The notes: a model not told the origin generated them from the letters alone. A stretch of 63,709 nt of DNA, filler included, from Octopus bimaculoides (GCF_001194135.2; 4 parts of 4 records of this genome joined end to end with filler, not necessarily neighbours in it), one strand, 5' to 3'. Shown: positions 1 to 13,487, counted from the whole stretch's first letter. Numbers and translations are program-made.

Positions 1-370
1 TGCTGGTGACATGTAAAAAGCACCATCCGAAGATGGTCGATGCCAGCCCCTTTGCCTTGACTGGCTTCTGTGCCAGTGGCACATAAAAAGCACCATCCAA
101 ATGTAGCCATTGCTTGCACCGCCTTGGCTGGCTCCTGTGCTGGTGGCACATAAAAAGCACCATCCGCTCGTGATCAATGCCAGTACCCTCTGGCCCCTGT
201 GCCACTACACTCACTTGGAGTGGTTGGCGTTAGGAAGGGCATCCAGCTGTAGAAACATTGCCAGACCAGACTGCAGCCTGGTGCAGCCTCCTGGTTTTCC
301 AGACTCCAGTTGAACCATCCAACCCATGCCACCATGGAAAACAGACGTTAAACGATGATGATGATGATGA
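1..370 (+). mobile_element. SINE family B, 3' part with internal ~55-60-bp tandem units and (ATG)n tail
   Basis: Ends CCAACCCATGCCACCATGGAAAACAGACGTTAAACGATGATGATG; same tail at 3420-3472 and, reversed, at 6643-6720, 21460-21520, 25552-25620. Confidence 0.8.
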
Positions 371-1246
371 TATAAAATCTGTATTAAATTAAGAGAAAAA
401 AATGGAGTGCTTGTGGCTAATAGGTCACATATAATTTTTTAATGTCTAACTTTTCCCTGATAATATTTTTCTCATAACTTATAAATGCAAATTTAATGCA
501 TAAATTTGTAATTTATTCAATGAATTTAATTGCAAACAGCTGTAGGAAGAAATGATAATCAATTTATTGATAAATAATAACCACTAACTCTCCATTTTCT
601 TCCCTTGATTTAATATGGAATATATTTATATTGATTTAGGGAAATTTTATTTCCCAAAGACATAAGGTATAGAGCCTGTGTTTTCTTGAATGTAATCATT
701 TCTTTAAGAGGTTAATATATCCTCTAATTAACTTTATATATATATATATAAATGGAACAAAAATGCAATAGAGGTCATTAAAATGTTCGGACAGATAGAC
801 GACAACAAAGGCGGACATGAGAAACAACAATTAGAAGGACAGACAAAAAAAAGACGGGTCATTCTTGGCTTTCTTTCATCAGTCAAGTCCCAGAAGTCAC
901 GTAGACCTAACAAATTTCCTAACTCCTTAAATTTCAATAAAGAGTGGTTGGCATTAGGAAAGGCATTTGGATGTAGAAACATTGCCAGATCAGATTGGAG
1001 CCTGGTGCAGCCTCCTGGCTCTCCAGACCTCAGTCAAACCGTCCAACCCATGATTCTAAGAATTATATAAGTTTANNNNNNNNNNTCCAACCCATGATTC
1101 TAAGAATTATATAAGTTTAACATGTTAACTGCCATGGCCTCTTACTGGAGCTCATCGTTGATGCCACATATTTCGTGTGTTATTGCTCTCAGTAGAGTAA
1201 CAACTGTGACGGAAGTAAATGAGTCTGTGTTCAACCTCACAATTAA

Positions 1247-1467
1247 CCCTTTAACATTTAAACTGACCATATCCAGTCTAAAGTTTTCTACCTGTTTTTG
1301 GTTCAAAGTGGCCAGGTCTGGCCTCTCACACCTACCTAACAATGTCATTGTAAAAATAAGCAATCATGTTATTCCAATCTCATAGCAATGAGATAATGCA
1401 AGATTAATTCAAAACAATGTGAATATATAAGCACGATGTTAGACAGAGTAATCTGAATGCTAAAGTG
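1247..1467. mobile_element. piggyBac-like MITE, family 1
   Basis: TTAA at 1243-1246 and 1468-1471; termini CCCTTTAACATT / AATGCTAAAGTG are imperfect inverted repeats; no coding capacity; other copies at 3623-3843 and, truncated, ~43470-43640. Confidence 0.7.
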
Positions 1468-2377
1468 TTAAGATTTTAATATCAACAACAAAATGATGCA
1501 GAAAACAAAATGAAGATTTAACTCTGTCAAATATTGAAAAGGTAGACAACCACTGGATTATATTTCATATCATTGTTGTCTTTGTATTCCTGAGAAAGAC
1601 ATCACCAGATGTTTAAAACATGAGACTAAAATCACTCTGTTGAATGTAACTGTAATGATGGAGGTGGCTTGCAGTGATTATAGCAATGAGAACAAAAATG
1701 CTAATTCAATTATTTCTTTCTCTTGTTTATTAAATAAGCCATTATTAGTTTAATTAGAGGTGTAAAAGTAATTTTAAATTTTCTGTAATACTAGTTTAAA
1801 TGATAAAAAAAAAAAGAAAAAATAATAAATAAAGAACCAACTGTTTCCGATGAGAAATAACAGAAATTATTTCCTTCATTGTTGCTCATTTAAATCATTT
1901 TTTGTTGTTGTTTCTTTTGTCTGAGAGTTCCACCTACCAACCATGTTATTATGGCATTATGTGACGCAATTAATAATAATATTTGCAAGTCTGAAGTGAC
2001 AGATTTAGTAATTAAACAAGATAAATTGCTAACAGGTTTCTTTACATTACTTGTTTAAAGCAATTAAACACACACTTAATGTATTAAAAGCGCATGATAC
2101 CAACGTAAAACATGAGCAGCAGCTTTTTCCGATCAAACAGAAATCGTGAAACAATCTAACATTAGATTCTTTAAGCAAGAAAAACAGAAAACCCCGCTAA
2201 CATTATTTTATTTGCCTCATGTTCAAGTCAAAGGTTGGAAGGTGTTTATATGGTTGTTTGACATGCTAGAAATAGCAGGTCCTGCGTATTGCATTTTAAT
2301 TTACAAAGAAAAAAAAAAAGGGGAAGGATGTATTTGAAAATGTCTTAGATACAGTGTCTCTGAGTGAGGGCTAAAAT

Positions 2378-2600
2378 ATTGGTTTCAAATTTTGGCAGAA
2401 GGCCAGCTATTTTGAAGGGAAGAGCTATTTGATTACATCAGCCTCAATACTTGACTGGTACTTGTTTTATTGACTCCAAAATGATGAAAGGCAAGGTTTG
2501 ACCTTGGTGGAATTTGAACTCAAAGTGTAAAGATGGATGAAACGTCATTAAGCATTTTGCCCGGTGTGCTAACGATTCTGTCAGATTGCTGACTTAATGA
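2378..2600 (-). mobile_element. SINE family C (tRNA-derived head on minus strand)
   Basis: GGAATTTGAACTC is the reverse complement of a B box; central TTCATC...ATAAAACAAGTACC block; more than 12 copies in the window. Confidence 0.8.
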
Positions 2601-3107
2601 AAGTTAATGAAAGCTATTCATAACTGGTATGCATTTGATCAATTATAAGTGTGAGTGATCAGAGCTGACCTAGGGTTGAACAACAATTACAACAACAATA
2701 AATCTGCCAGCTTCATTTAGAAGCCAACAAGAGAAAGCATTTATGTGGTTATTCAAAAAGCTAGAAGTAGCAGATAAATATTCCTCAAGTCACCTTGCAT
2801 CAGCTTAAAATAAAATGGAAGGACACACATGATAATGTAGTCCTAATTACACTGTGTTTGAAAAGTGAGATGGTCACAGCTGAAAAATGGCTGTGTAATG
2901 AAGTGATGTCAAGGAGGTATATACAAGGAGGCATATACATATAATACATGGTGGGATTCTTTCAGTTTCCATCTACTAAATCTACTCAAAAGGCACTGAT
3001 CAACCTGAAGCTACAATTGAAAACACTTGCCACATGGTTGGACTGAGCCTAAAACCACACAGTTGGAAAGCAAGCGTTTCAAGCACGTCCTGTCGAGTCA
3101 AGTAAGA

Positions 3108-3472
3108 CCAATATCATAGCTGGGGCTGGTGCCCCTGGTTGGCTCCCATGCTGGTGGCATGTAAAATGCACCATCTGAACATGGTTGATGCCAGTACTCC
3201 CAGACTGGCTCCCATGCCGGTGGCATGTAAAAAGCACCATCTGAATGTGGTTGATGCAAGGTCTGCCTGACTGGCTCCCATGCCAGTGGTACGTAAAAAG
3301 CACCCACTACACTCTCGGAGTGGTTGGTGTTAGGAAGGGCATCCAGCTGTAGAAACATTGCCAGATCAGATTGGAGCCTGGTGCAGCCTCCTGGCTCTCC
3401 AGACCTCAGTCAAACCGTCCAACCCATGCCAGCATGGAAAACGGACGTTAAACGGTGATGATGATGATGATG
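3108..3472 (+). mobile_element. SINE family B with three internal tandem units
   Basis: CTGGCTCCCATGCYRGTGG...TAAAA..GCACC repeated three times, then the family-B tail and (ATG)n. Confidence 0.8.
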
Positions 3473-3622
3473 ATTCTAAGAATTATATAAGTTTAACATG
3501 TTAACTGCCATGGCCTCTTACTGGAGCTCATCGTTGATGCCACATATTTCGTGTGTTATTGCTCTGAATATAGTAACAACTGTGACGGAAGTAAATGAGT
3601 CTGTGTTCAACTTCACAATTAA

Positions 3623-3843
3623 CCTTTTGACATCTAAACTGACCATATCCAGCCTAAAGTTTTCTACCTGTTTTTGGTTCAAAGTGGCCAGGTCTGGCCT
3701 CTCACACCTACCTAACAATGTCATTGTAAAAATAAGCAATCATGCCATTCCAATCTCATAGCAATGAGATAATGCAAGATTAATTCAAAACAATGTGAAT
3801 ATATAAGCACGATGTTAGACAGAGTAATCTGAATGCTAAAGTG
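3623..3843. mobile_element. piggyBac-like MITE, family 1, second copy
   Basis: TTAA at 3619-3622 and 3844-3847; near-identical to 1247-1467. Confidence 0.7.
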
Positions 3844-4259
3844 TTAAGATTTTAATATTTATCTCCCAAGTTATTCAAATGTTCTCAAAATCGTGTCAAA
3901 GACACAGAATAAAATATTTTCACAAATTATGAAAATGTAACATAGGTGATGTATGAGGTGGCTGTGTGAAGTTTGCGATGAACCACCACCAATGGAATGT
4001 GTGGTAGTTAACACGTTAATCATCATCATAATTAAAAAAGAATATTCAAAGAAAAACAAGAAAACAATGAAGAAATGAAGAGTTAATGCTTTGCTCTCAA
4101 ATAAAAATCATCCCTCTTTTCAGTGAGACACCATTTTCTAACAATTTAAAAAGTGAATTCTGAAACTAAACTAACAATACCAGACAAGATTAGTCCTTGT
4201 GCCACACAGAAATAAACTACTTTTGGCACCATTCAAAGATCATGTTATACTGTTTTTGG

Positions 4260-4312
<53 letters not shown>

Positions 4313-4381
4313 CATCATTATTATTATTATTATCTCCGTTGAGAGATCAACTCTCAACCAGGCTGTAGAATAAATAAATTT

Positions 4382-4437
4382 TCATTCAGCCAAAAACTGT
4401 GAAGTATTTTTTATCAGATTTTTCATCTCTTCATATT
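4382..4437 (-). CDS. Candidate terminal exon, (x)YEEMKNLIKNTSQFLAE*
   Basis: Moderate acceptor gtcattcag|; open to TGA; protein-like composition; no homology recognised. Confidence 0.25.
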
Positions 4438-4924
4438 CTGAATGACTAACTTAGATCAGATGGTTACAATGTAGAGAGAGTTAGTTGAATAGATAAGCTG
4501 ATATACAGGGATGGGTAAGGTGTGAGGAGGGAAAAACAAAAAAAAAAAACAAACAAACAGAGAGAGATATTCTGCAGCAATGAAGATACTTCGAATTTAA
4601 GATACTGTAAAATAATAATAATATTAATAATAATGATAAGAAGAAGAATGAAACGGAATAGAATAAAATGAAGTGATATTACGGTAATGAAGATGATGAA
4701 GATTTAAGATTTAAGATTAAAAATAGTTAAAAACAATTTCGGTAGTAGTGAGATGTTAAAAGGCTGCCTTGCAGAAAGTTTTACAAGAACATGAAAGGAA
4801 TGTGAAGAGAGATAAGGACAGGATAGGATGGAAGATTACCAGACGATGGAGAGATGAGGAAAGAAACTATTCATTGAGTAAACGTTCCAAATAGTCATAA
4901 TAATAATAATAATAATAATAATGA

Positions 4925-5095
4925 TGATTTCAAATTTTGGCACAAGGCTAGCAATTTTGGTACTTATTTTAATGACCTTGAAAGGATGAAAGCAAAGTCA
5001 ACCTCAGCGGAATTTGAACTCAGAACCCGAAGACAGATGAAATACCGCTAAGCATTTTGCCCAGCATGCTAATGATTCTGCCAGCTCGCCACCTT
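4925..5095 (-). mobile_element. SINE family C
   Basis: Same blocks as 2378-2600; further copies ~5485-5690, 10680-10820, 10925-11125, 11140-11355, 25250-25420. Confidence 0.75.
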
Positions 5096-5871
5096 CAATA
5101 ATAATAATAATAATAATAATAATAACGATGATGATGATGATGATGATGATGATAAACATTGAATGTTGAGAGTTTGGCAAGCTATAGTGGTGACCTGATT
5201 CTGACTCACAGTTGGGGACTTTTGGATGGGTAAAAGGCCTTTGATAGGAATCAGATGGAATTCATTAAGGTAGATTTTCTACAGCTGGATGCCCTCCCTG
5301 TTGCTAACTCTCCACCTGTTTGCAAGTAAGGTAATATTTCCTCATGGCTGGACAGGTTTCTCACAGAAGATTGTTAGAAAAAGGAGAACAGCCCCAGGCT
5401 GACCAAAACCTCATGGTTAGACTTGGTAGACAGAAACTTCTGTGGAAGTGTTCCTTTAGTGTTTGATTGTTATATATTCTTTTCTATTCTAGGCACAATG
5501 CCTGAAATTTTGGGGGAGGGGGCCAGTCGATTAGATTGACCTCAGTACACAACTGGTACTTAATTTATCAACCCCGAAAAGATGAAAGGTAAAATCAACT
5601 TTGGCGGAATTTGAACTCAGAACGTAAAGACAGATGAAATACCGCTAAGCATTTCACCTGGTGTGCTAACGATTCTCCTAGTTTGCCACTTTTGGTTGTT
5701 ATATATTGTTGGTGGCAGTGGTATGGATAGTGGTTAAAGTAGTGTTGTAGTGGTGGTTGTGGTGGTGGTAGGGATCTTAGTATTGGGTTAGCCTATGCTC
5801 ATATGTGTATATATGTATATATATTATGTATTTGTCAGTATATATTTAATGTTGTGCTTTTTTATTTGCAG

Positions 5872-5916
5872 CCTATATGAGACCTATAAACCAGATGTGG
5901 TGCTTTCAAAACTCCA
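5872..5916 (+). CDS. Candidate plus-strand exon, LYETYKPDVVLSKLQ
   Basis: Acceptor gtgcttttttatttgcag|; weak donor CA|gtaaca, or stop at 5918-5920 if unspliced; conflicts with the minus-strand model. Confidence 0.25.
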
Positions 5917-6128
5917 GTAACAAAGAGCTCAAGCTATCCATTCAACCAATTGTTAATTTACACCCAATAATCGTTAATTTACATTTCCACACTTGTTAAG
6001 TTTCTTCAACATGAAACCATTCAATAACATGAATTGGCTGTTATGAGACTAAATATATAATACTGAATAAATAATATATATGTGTCTGTGAGAGTGTGTG
6101 TGTGTGTGCATATATGAAAGATTCTTAC

Positions 6129-6234
6129 ATAGAATTAGATTGAAAGAATTGGAGCAGCGGAATTACATTATGGTAAAAGTTAGAGACTTTCCCAAGAGTA
6201 TTGGTGACATAAGCCAAGCTGTTGAACATAGGAA
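6129..6234 (-). CDS. Candidate internal exon, PMFNSLAYVTNTLGKVSNFYHNVIPLLQFFQSNS (phase 1 to 2)
   Basis: Acceptor ataatttcag|, donor AT|gtaaga, 106 nt open. The antisense frame is also open (see findings). Confidence 0.4.
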
Positions 6235-6642
6235 CTGAAATTATATCACAGACATGGTTTGCCAAAAACTTACCATTATATGTGTGTGTGTGTGGGTGGG
6301 AGGGTGTGTATTGTATATTATACAGAAACACACATGCAGTGCCTAAATTTCTCAAGGATATTTGCTAATTATTTTAAAAATTAAGCTATCATATTTCATT
6401 CACCCTCGTATTCGAGAGTTTAAAACAACATCCGTGACAAACAAACAGGTTTGTTATGGTAACCATCATCCTCCCCCTCATTATTCCCTTCTTCCCATCA
6501 GCCCTTCCTTGTTCAATAGGTACTGTCACCCACATCCCCACCACCGTCAATGAGAGAGGATCTCTATCTTGTTATAGGACATGATGGAAATAGCTGCTAA
6601 TTCTGATAAATTGAAACTTACAGAAACATATTGTGTATACAT

Positions 6643-6900
6643 ATCATCATCATCATCATCGTCGTCATCGATTAACGTCCATTTTCCATGCTGGCATGGG
6701 TTGGATGGTTTGACTGAGGCCTGGAGAGCCCACGGCTGCAACAGGTTGCAATCTGATCTGGAAAGTTTCTACAGCTGGATGCTCTTCCAAACATCAATCG
6801 CTCCGAGGGTGTAGTGGGTGCCTTTTATGGGGGTACTGGCATCAGTCACGACTAGTTGGTGCTTTTTACATGTCACCAGCACCGGAGCCAGTAAGGCAGG
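6643..6900 (-). mobile_element. SINE family B
   Basis: (CAT)n then ATTAACGTCCATTTTCCATGCTGGCATGGGTTGG, the reverse complement of the family-B tail. Confidence 0.8.
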
Positions 6901-7365
6901 CAAACCTTTGATCAGCATGAGCTTATTGAAGAAAACAGCTACTTAAGGTGCCATGCAGTGGAATTGAACTCACAACCACATGCTTCTGAGGGTAACTTCT
7001 GAAGCACTGCTGCCCCTACATGAAATTTAGCAACTTCAGTGATGTTTGAAAAGACTCTGAGACTGAGATATATTTTGAATAAACATCCCATGGTATCAGT
7101 CAGACAGTCGTATCAAAAATAAATTCAGGCTACCCGGGGTGGGGATAATATGTAAACATAAACACGATTGTGTTATACATTGTAGAGATGAGATTACAAT
7201 AGGCTCAGCCCCTGCGTCACAGGGTAGTGGTATTAGTTTAGACTGGGTGGGGACTCCAGTTCAAGTTTACCATAATGTTATGTTTACATAATATACACAC
7301 ACACACACACTCACACATACCTATACATAAACATGCACACATGCACACTCACACACACACACATC

Positions 7366-7762
7366 TTTTAGGTTTTACTTGTTTCAGTCATTAGAGTGTG
7401 GCCATGCTGGGGCACCACCCTGAAGAACTTTTAGTCAAATGGTAATTATTCTGGTGATTATTCTTTTTTCTAAGCCTGGTACTTATGCCATTAGTCTCTT
7501 TTGTTGAACTGCTAAGTTACAGGAATGCAAACACACCAGTTGTGAAGCGGTGTGGGGAGGGGACAAAGACACACACACACACGCATACATACATACATAC
7601 ATATATATGATGGGCTTCTTTCAGTTTCTACCTACCAAATCTACTTACAAGGCCTTGGTCGGCCCGAGGCTGTAGTAGAAGACACATACCTTAGGTTCCA
7701 CTAAGTGGAACTGAACCTGGAAGCATGTGGTTGAGAAGCAAGCTTCTTACCACACAGCCATG
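7366..7762 (-). mobile_element. SINE family A, near full length
   Basis: Reverse complement of the 44821-45203 type copy, including its internal CA/TA microsatellite. Confidence 0.8.
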
Positions 7763-7922
7763 ATTGAGGTACCATGCAGTGGGTTTGAACTCACAGCCAC
7801 ATGTTTTGGAGGGATGCTCCTGAACTATTTGTTGAGTGTCCCACAAGAGGAATCAATGCTAGATGTATTGTTGTGATTAATAATAAATTCCCGTATATTC
7901 CATCTTCCATCTTTCATTTGCC

Positions 7923-7924
<2 letters not shown>

Positions 7925-7987
<63 letters not shown>

Positions 7988-8007
7988 TAGATAGATAGAT
8001 AGATAGG

Positions 8008-8052
<45 letters not shown>

Positions 8053-8060
8053 CGATAGAG
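7925..8060. repeat. Compound (TA)n-(TAGA)n microsatellite, representative of >60 simple-repeat tracts
   Basis: Direct reading. Other tracts: (CA)n, (TACA)n, (AAT)n, (GAT)n, (GACACA)n 22575-22728, (AGT/AGC/AGA)n 37275-37482, (GAT)/(GTT)n 41797-42005, (ACT)n 59378-59435. Confidence 0.95.
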
Positions 8061-8589
8061 AGATAGTGATTAGTGATGTAGAAAACATGATAGGTTTGAA
8101 ACATATATATATACATATGCAAACATTATATGGATACACACACATATATATAGATACATATAACTATATATATTCTGCAAGATAAAACACACTCTTGATG
8201 GCATGGACCTAAACCTGGATAAAGAATTTGAAGATTAAGTTCAAGGTTTGTGAACGATCCTAATATTTTCCAGACCAGAGATATCATTGATGTAATTAAA
8301 CAACTGTAGTGTAAAGGTGAGCATTGGGTCACATGTGTGGTCGTGAAGGGCATCTGGAAGAGGTTTTTAAGTGTTTGGCAATTGTCCAAGTGAATTTGTC
8401 TTTAGTGACAGCAACTGGATAATATATTTGGTTTCCAGTTGAAAGAAAACAACTGGATTTTGAAAGAATATTTGAAGCTTTTCAGTTAGATTTTGTGTTT
8501 AGTTTCAGGTTCTGTTGATAAACGGAGTCATTATCATCGTTGTTTTAATGTCTACTTCTCTATAGTTCCATACATCAGAAAGAATTCAT

Positions 8590-8765
8590 TGAAGCAGATT
8601 TTCTCTGGCTGGATGCCTTTCCTGTCACCAACTCTCATGTGTTTCCAAGCAAGGAAATATTTCCCCATGGCCAGACATGTTTGCCATTGAAGACTGGAAA
8701 CTTCATTGCTGTTATGATGGTGATACTCATTAACAATTAATTGCATGATATCAAGGCAATCACAC
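8590..8765 (-). mobile_element. SINE family E (family-B-related body)
   Basis: GGATGCC.TTCCTGT..CCAAC.CTCA..TGTTT.CAAG.AAGG.AATATTTCCCC block; also ~5270-5375, 20485-20710, 21985-22215. Confidence 0.7.
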
Positions 8766-8766
8766 A

Positions 8767-8840
<74 letters not shown>

Positions 8841-9278
8841 ATGGGTTTGTTTCAGTTTCCATCTTCCAAATTCTCTCACAAGCTTTTGGTTAGCTTAAGG
8901 TGACAGCAGAGGCCTCTTTGCCCAAGATGTTGAACAGTGGGACTGACCTGAAACCATATGATTGGGAAGTAGACTTCTCAATTACTCAGCAACATCTCTA
9001 GTTCTGTTAATATGACTCCATGCTATTGGGGTGCATTCAGATCTGTAGTGTGTGAGTTTCCATATGGGTTGGGTCAAACAAGTGTATTTTTTTTCAATAT
9101 TTTAATCTAAATGAGTGTAAATGTTGATAGTATCAACTCTTAAATGTATTATGTAAATATGCAGTAATGCAACAGCTGAAGACAAACAGTGCTGACTTTG
9201 CCAAAGAAAGAATAATGTAAATATTTAAGGATGTCTGTGATGTTTGAAGTAATCCAGAAGCTACAAATCTTGCCTTAC

Positions 9279-9356
9279 ATAGAAAGATACTCCCATAAGA
9301 TGGAGGCAGGCAGTGGCATGAGAAATGAAGCTTGCTTGAGATGGTTATCTAAATAT
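9279..9356 (-). CDS. Candidate internal exon, YLDNHLKQASFLMPLPASILWEYLS (phase 2 to 2)
   Basis: Acceptor cttcttgcttttattatcaag|, donor AT|gtaagg, 78 nt open, GC-elevated unique sequence. Confidence 0.45.
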
Positions 9357-10117
9357 CTTGATAATAAAAGCAAGAAGTTTTTTCAACAAAGAAATAATAA
9401 AAGCTATCTTGTGTGAGATGTGTGACATATGTGATAGTGGGGTGAGAGAAGTATCAACTGCAAGCTGATTGGTTAGTAAATAAGAGTAACCTAAAATGTT
9501 ATTTGCACTTTACCATAATATTAACACATTCATTCTATGACACTTGGGGGTTAAAAGGTTCTCTTACACCCCAAATTTTAAATACTAATTTCACAAGGGC
9601 CTGAATCAATCATACAAAATACATAGACATTTATACAAGTATATACACATAGTTATACATGCAATTATATACAGACCTAAACATGGTTTATAGATTTTGT
9701 AAATATTTGTGAATGTCATCAAGCGTGTATATATGTACATATGTGCACATGCTTGTGAATATACGTAAACATGTGCACAGATGTAGATGTGTAGATGGAT
9801 GCTTAGTATATACATTTGCATATATAAAATTTCAGGTCTGAGGTATCTTTGGGATAAAATGAGGGGGGGGGGGTATTCAAGAAAAAGATGTTAAGAGACT
9901 GAGAAATGTGAAGGAGTGGTGATAGAGTAAGAGTGTTAGTGTGAGGTAAAGAAATATTGTCAGATTATGACATCAAACACCTGTCTCTTTTTTTCTTTCT
10001 CCTTCATTTTCTCTTTAATTTCTCTCTTTCTCTCTCTTATACATTCCTATTCATCTCTCTGTGATGACAACATACACACTATATTATATTTTAGAACATA
10101 TGTGTGTGTGTGGTGTG

Positions 10118-10163
<46 letters not shown>

Positions 10164-10223
10164 TGTGTGTGTGTATATATATATGTGTGTGTGTGTGTAT
10201 ATATATATATGTATATGTATATG

Positions 10224-10276
<53 letters not shown>

Positions 10277-10375
10277 AACAATATATGAGTATATGCATAT
10301 ATATGTACATGTATGTATATACGTTCATCTACATGTACATATAGATACATAACTGGGTACATGACGTGGCAAAAG

Positions 10376-10426
<51 letters not shown>

Positions 10427-10854
10427 GTACATACATATATCATTATTTTTTGTCATCGTTTCTCTAGCTTGTGATACTTTTTTACAGAATGGGGGTACCA
10501 GCCTTATGCCCACAAAGTGTCACCTTAGACTGCTGGCTGTGGACAGCAGACATTTTCCATCATACCCAACAAAATAAGCTGTGAGTCTTCATCACATAAT
10601 AATAATGATGATGACGATGATGATGATGACGATGATGATGATGATGATGATGACGATCATGATGATGATGATGATCCTTGCCACTGGTACTTATTTTATT
10701 GGCCCCAAAAAGGGTGAAAGGCAAAGTTGACCTTGGTGGAATTTGAACTAATAGTTTATGAAGACAGATAAAATACTGCTAAACATTGTGCTCAATGTAC
10801 TAACAATTCTGTCAGCTCGCCACATTACTAACTGTCGTAGTAATAGTAGTAGTA

Positions 10855-10891
<37 letters not shown>

Positions 10892-11497
10892 TGATAATAA
10901 TAATAATAATAATAATAATATTTTTTTATTGTAAGCACAAGCCTGAAATTTGGGGGAGGCGGGTAGTCAATTCCATCAACCCCAGTGTTCAACTGGTACT
11001 TATTTTGTCATCCCTGAAAGGATGAAAGGCAAAGTAGACCATGGCAGCATTAGAAACCGGAATGTAAAGATGGCCAAAATACCGCCAAGCATTTTGTCTG
11101 CTGTGCTAATGATGCTGCTAGCTTGATGTCTTAGTAGTAATGGTTTCAAATTTTAGCACAAGACCAGCAATTTCAGGGAAGGGTTTAAGTCGATTACATT
11201 GACCCCAGTACACAACTGGTACTTATTTTATCAACTTCAAAAGGATAAAAGGTGAAGGTGACCTCAATAGAATTTGAACTTGAAGCATAAAGTGGACGAA
11301 ATGCTGTTAGGTATTTTGCACAGCATGCTAACAGTTCTGCCAGCTTTTGTTGCCTTAGCAGTTTGTTGTAATAATAATGAACTTATTGTTGACAATTCTT
11401 GAGTTGGACTCAGAAAATGCTTGAGTTGGACTCAGAAAAGAGTGAAGGAAGAGAGAGAAAGCTGCAAGAAGTCAGGTAAAGAAAGACAGCAATGAAA

Positions 11498-11877
11498 GCT
11501 CTGCTTACCAACCACATGGTTCCAGGTTCATTCCCACTGCGTGGCACCTTGAGCAAGTGTCTTCTACTATAGCCTCGGGCCGACCAAAGCATTGTGAGAG
11601 GATTTGGTAGATGGAAACTGAAAGAAGCCCATCGTATATATGTATATATATGTGTATGTGTGTGTATATGTTTGTGTCTCTGTGTGCGTGTCCCCCAACA
11701 CCGCTTGACAACCGATGCTGGTGTGTTTACATCCCAATAACTTAGTGGTTCGGCAAAAGAGACCGATTGAATAAGTACTAAGCTTACAAAGAATAAGTCC
11801 TGGGGTCGATATGTTCGACTAAAAGGCAGTGCTCCAGCATGGCTGCAGTCAAAATGACTGAAACAAGTAAAAGAGTA
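11498..11877 (+). mobile_element. SINE family A
   Basis: GGTTCATTCCCACTGCG head to GCTCCAGCATGGCTGCAGTCAAAATGACTGAAACAAGTAAAAGAG tail. Confidence 0.85.
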
Positions 11878-12863
11878 ATACACAGAATAAAATACAAATA
11901 GACAGAAACTATAAAAGAGCCAAAAAGAAGAAAGGGTGCAGAGTTACCCTTAAAAGGGTACAGTTGGTGAATTTAGGGGAAACATGGAAGTTTTGAAGGA
12001 TGCAGTATCCTAACAGCTAAAACCAAACTAGGATAGTTTATTCCCTGTTTAGACAATTCTTAATATTATTTCTAAGAAACTGACTTACTAAAGTAGAGGA
12101 CTGTTGTCTCCCTCATGGTGTGTGTTCTTTGAAGCTTGTTTTCAGAGTGATCCAATCTGGTCTTTTCCTTCTCTTTTACTTCAACTCCTGCCCCCTAAAC
12201 ACACACACACATACACTGGAAGGGGGTTTGTTTATCTATCAGCCCTTAAAATATGCTAACAACTTGAAGGTGTTGTTTGTTGAGAGAAAGGAAGAGACTA
12301 ACAAAACCAGGCTGCCAGCCTGCCAGTCACAGAGATCTATATATCTCATCCTTTGGCTTTTGGTGAAGAATTCCTATAGGAAAGGAAATGTGTGTGTGTG
12401 TGTGTGTGTGTCAGAGAGAGAGAGAGAGGGAGAGAGAGAGCAAATAGAGGTGGGTTGAAGTGATGGCACCAATAGTGATGAGAAATGCTAGTATAATACT
12501 TATCATGATGATGATGATGATGATGATGATGGTGACGTGTTGGATAAGCTGTTTTGGCGATCCACTTTTCTCTTGATCAATTCCTTCTTTTTCTTCCTCC
12601 CTCAGGAAAGCAACTCTGTCAGCACATCACCATGTTTCTCATTGCTGTTCTTCAATGTACAAGGGGGGGGGGGATCATTGGATGAGGAGGAGGCGATTGA
12701 TGGTTGGATGGGTGTGGGGTGGGTCGAAAGAAATCTGGATTTTTAGAAGGGAGAATGTGTGAAGGTGCCAGGGTGATGACTGACCCTTTTTTCCCTCATA
12801 TAAATGTGTGTATGTCTCTGTGTGTGTGTCTATATATGTATGTATGTGTGTGTATACATAAAT

Positions 12864-12903
<40 letters not shown>

Positions 12904-13445
12904 CTATCTGTGTATAAACTATGTGTGTGTGTGCATATATACATGTATATGTGTGTATAACTTTACCATTGCTCTTTTTATACATTTGTATGTATATGTG
13001 CATATATGTATATGTGTTTGTGTGTGCATGTGCGTGTGTATATATATATATATTTATGTATGTAAACATGCATGTATAAATGCATTTATGTTTATATGAA
13101 TGTATATAACAACAGTGCTTGTATATGTATGCGTGTAACATATCGATATACGTGTAACATATCTAGGTGTGTGTGTGTGTGCGTCTGTTTGTTGATAAAC
13201 ACTCACAAACAACTTTTGTAACATTTTTTTGTTATAACACAACCAACAATGTGTCTGTCTCTGCCTTACTCCCTAACCCCCACCACTGTCACTAACACCA
13301 CTACTGGCGCCGCCACCGCTGCCACCAGCAGCAGTAGCAGCAGCAGCACTGCTATAAGTCCTATGAGTGGTGGCCTCTAACCCCAAGCCCCATCTTGTTC
13401 CAGAACAAAATCTATTTAGCTTAGCTTTAGCATAAACATTGAGGG

Positions 13446-13487
<42 letters not shown>

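Noticed and set aside
1041-1118. Short direct repeats flanking 10-N gaps (also 21780-21845)
   Set aside because: Unmerged contig overlaps, not biological repeats.
3108-3310. Regularly spaced repeats resembling a CRISPR array (also 1-200, 25730-25925)
   Set aside because: The whole ~58-bp unit is repeated, with no unique spacers; internal minisatellite of SINE family B in a eukaryote.
8180-8420. Plus-strand exon-like segment TRDIIDVIKQL
   Set aside because: Stops in all frames; faint resemblance to an RTE LINE C-terminus, too weak to call.
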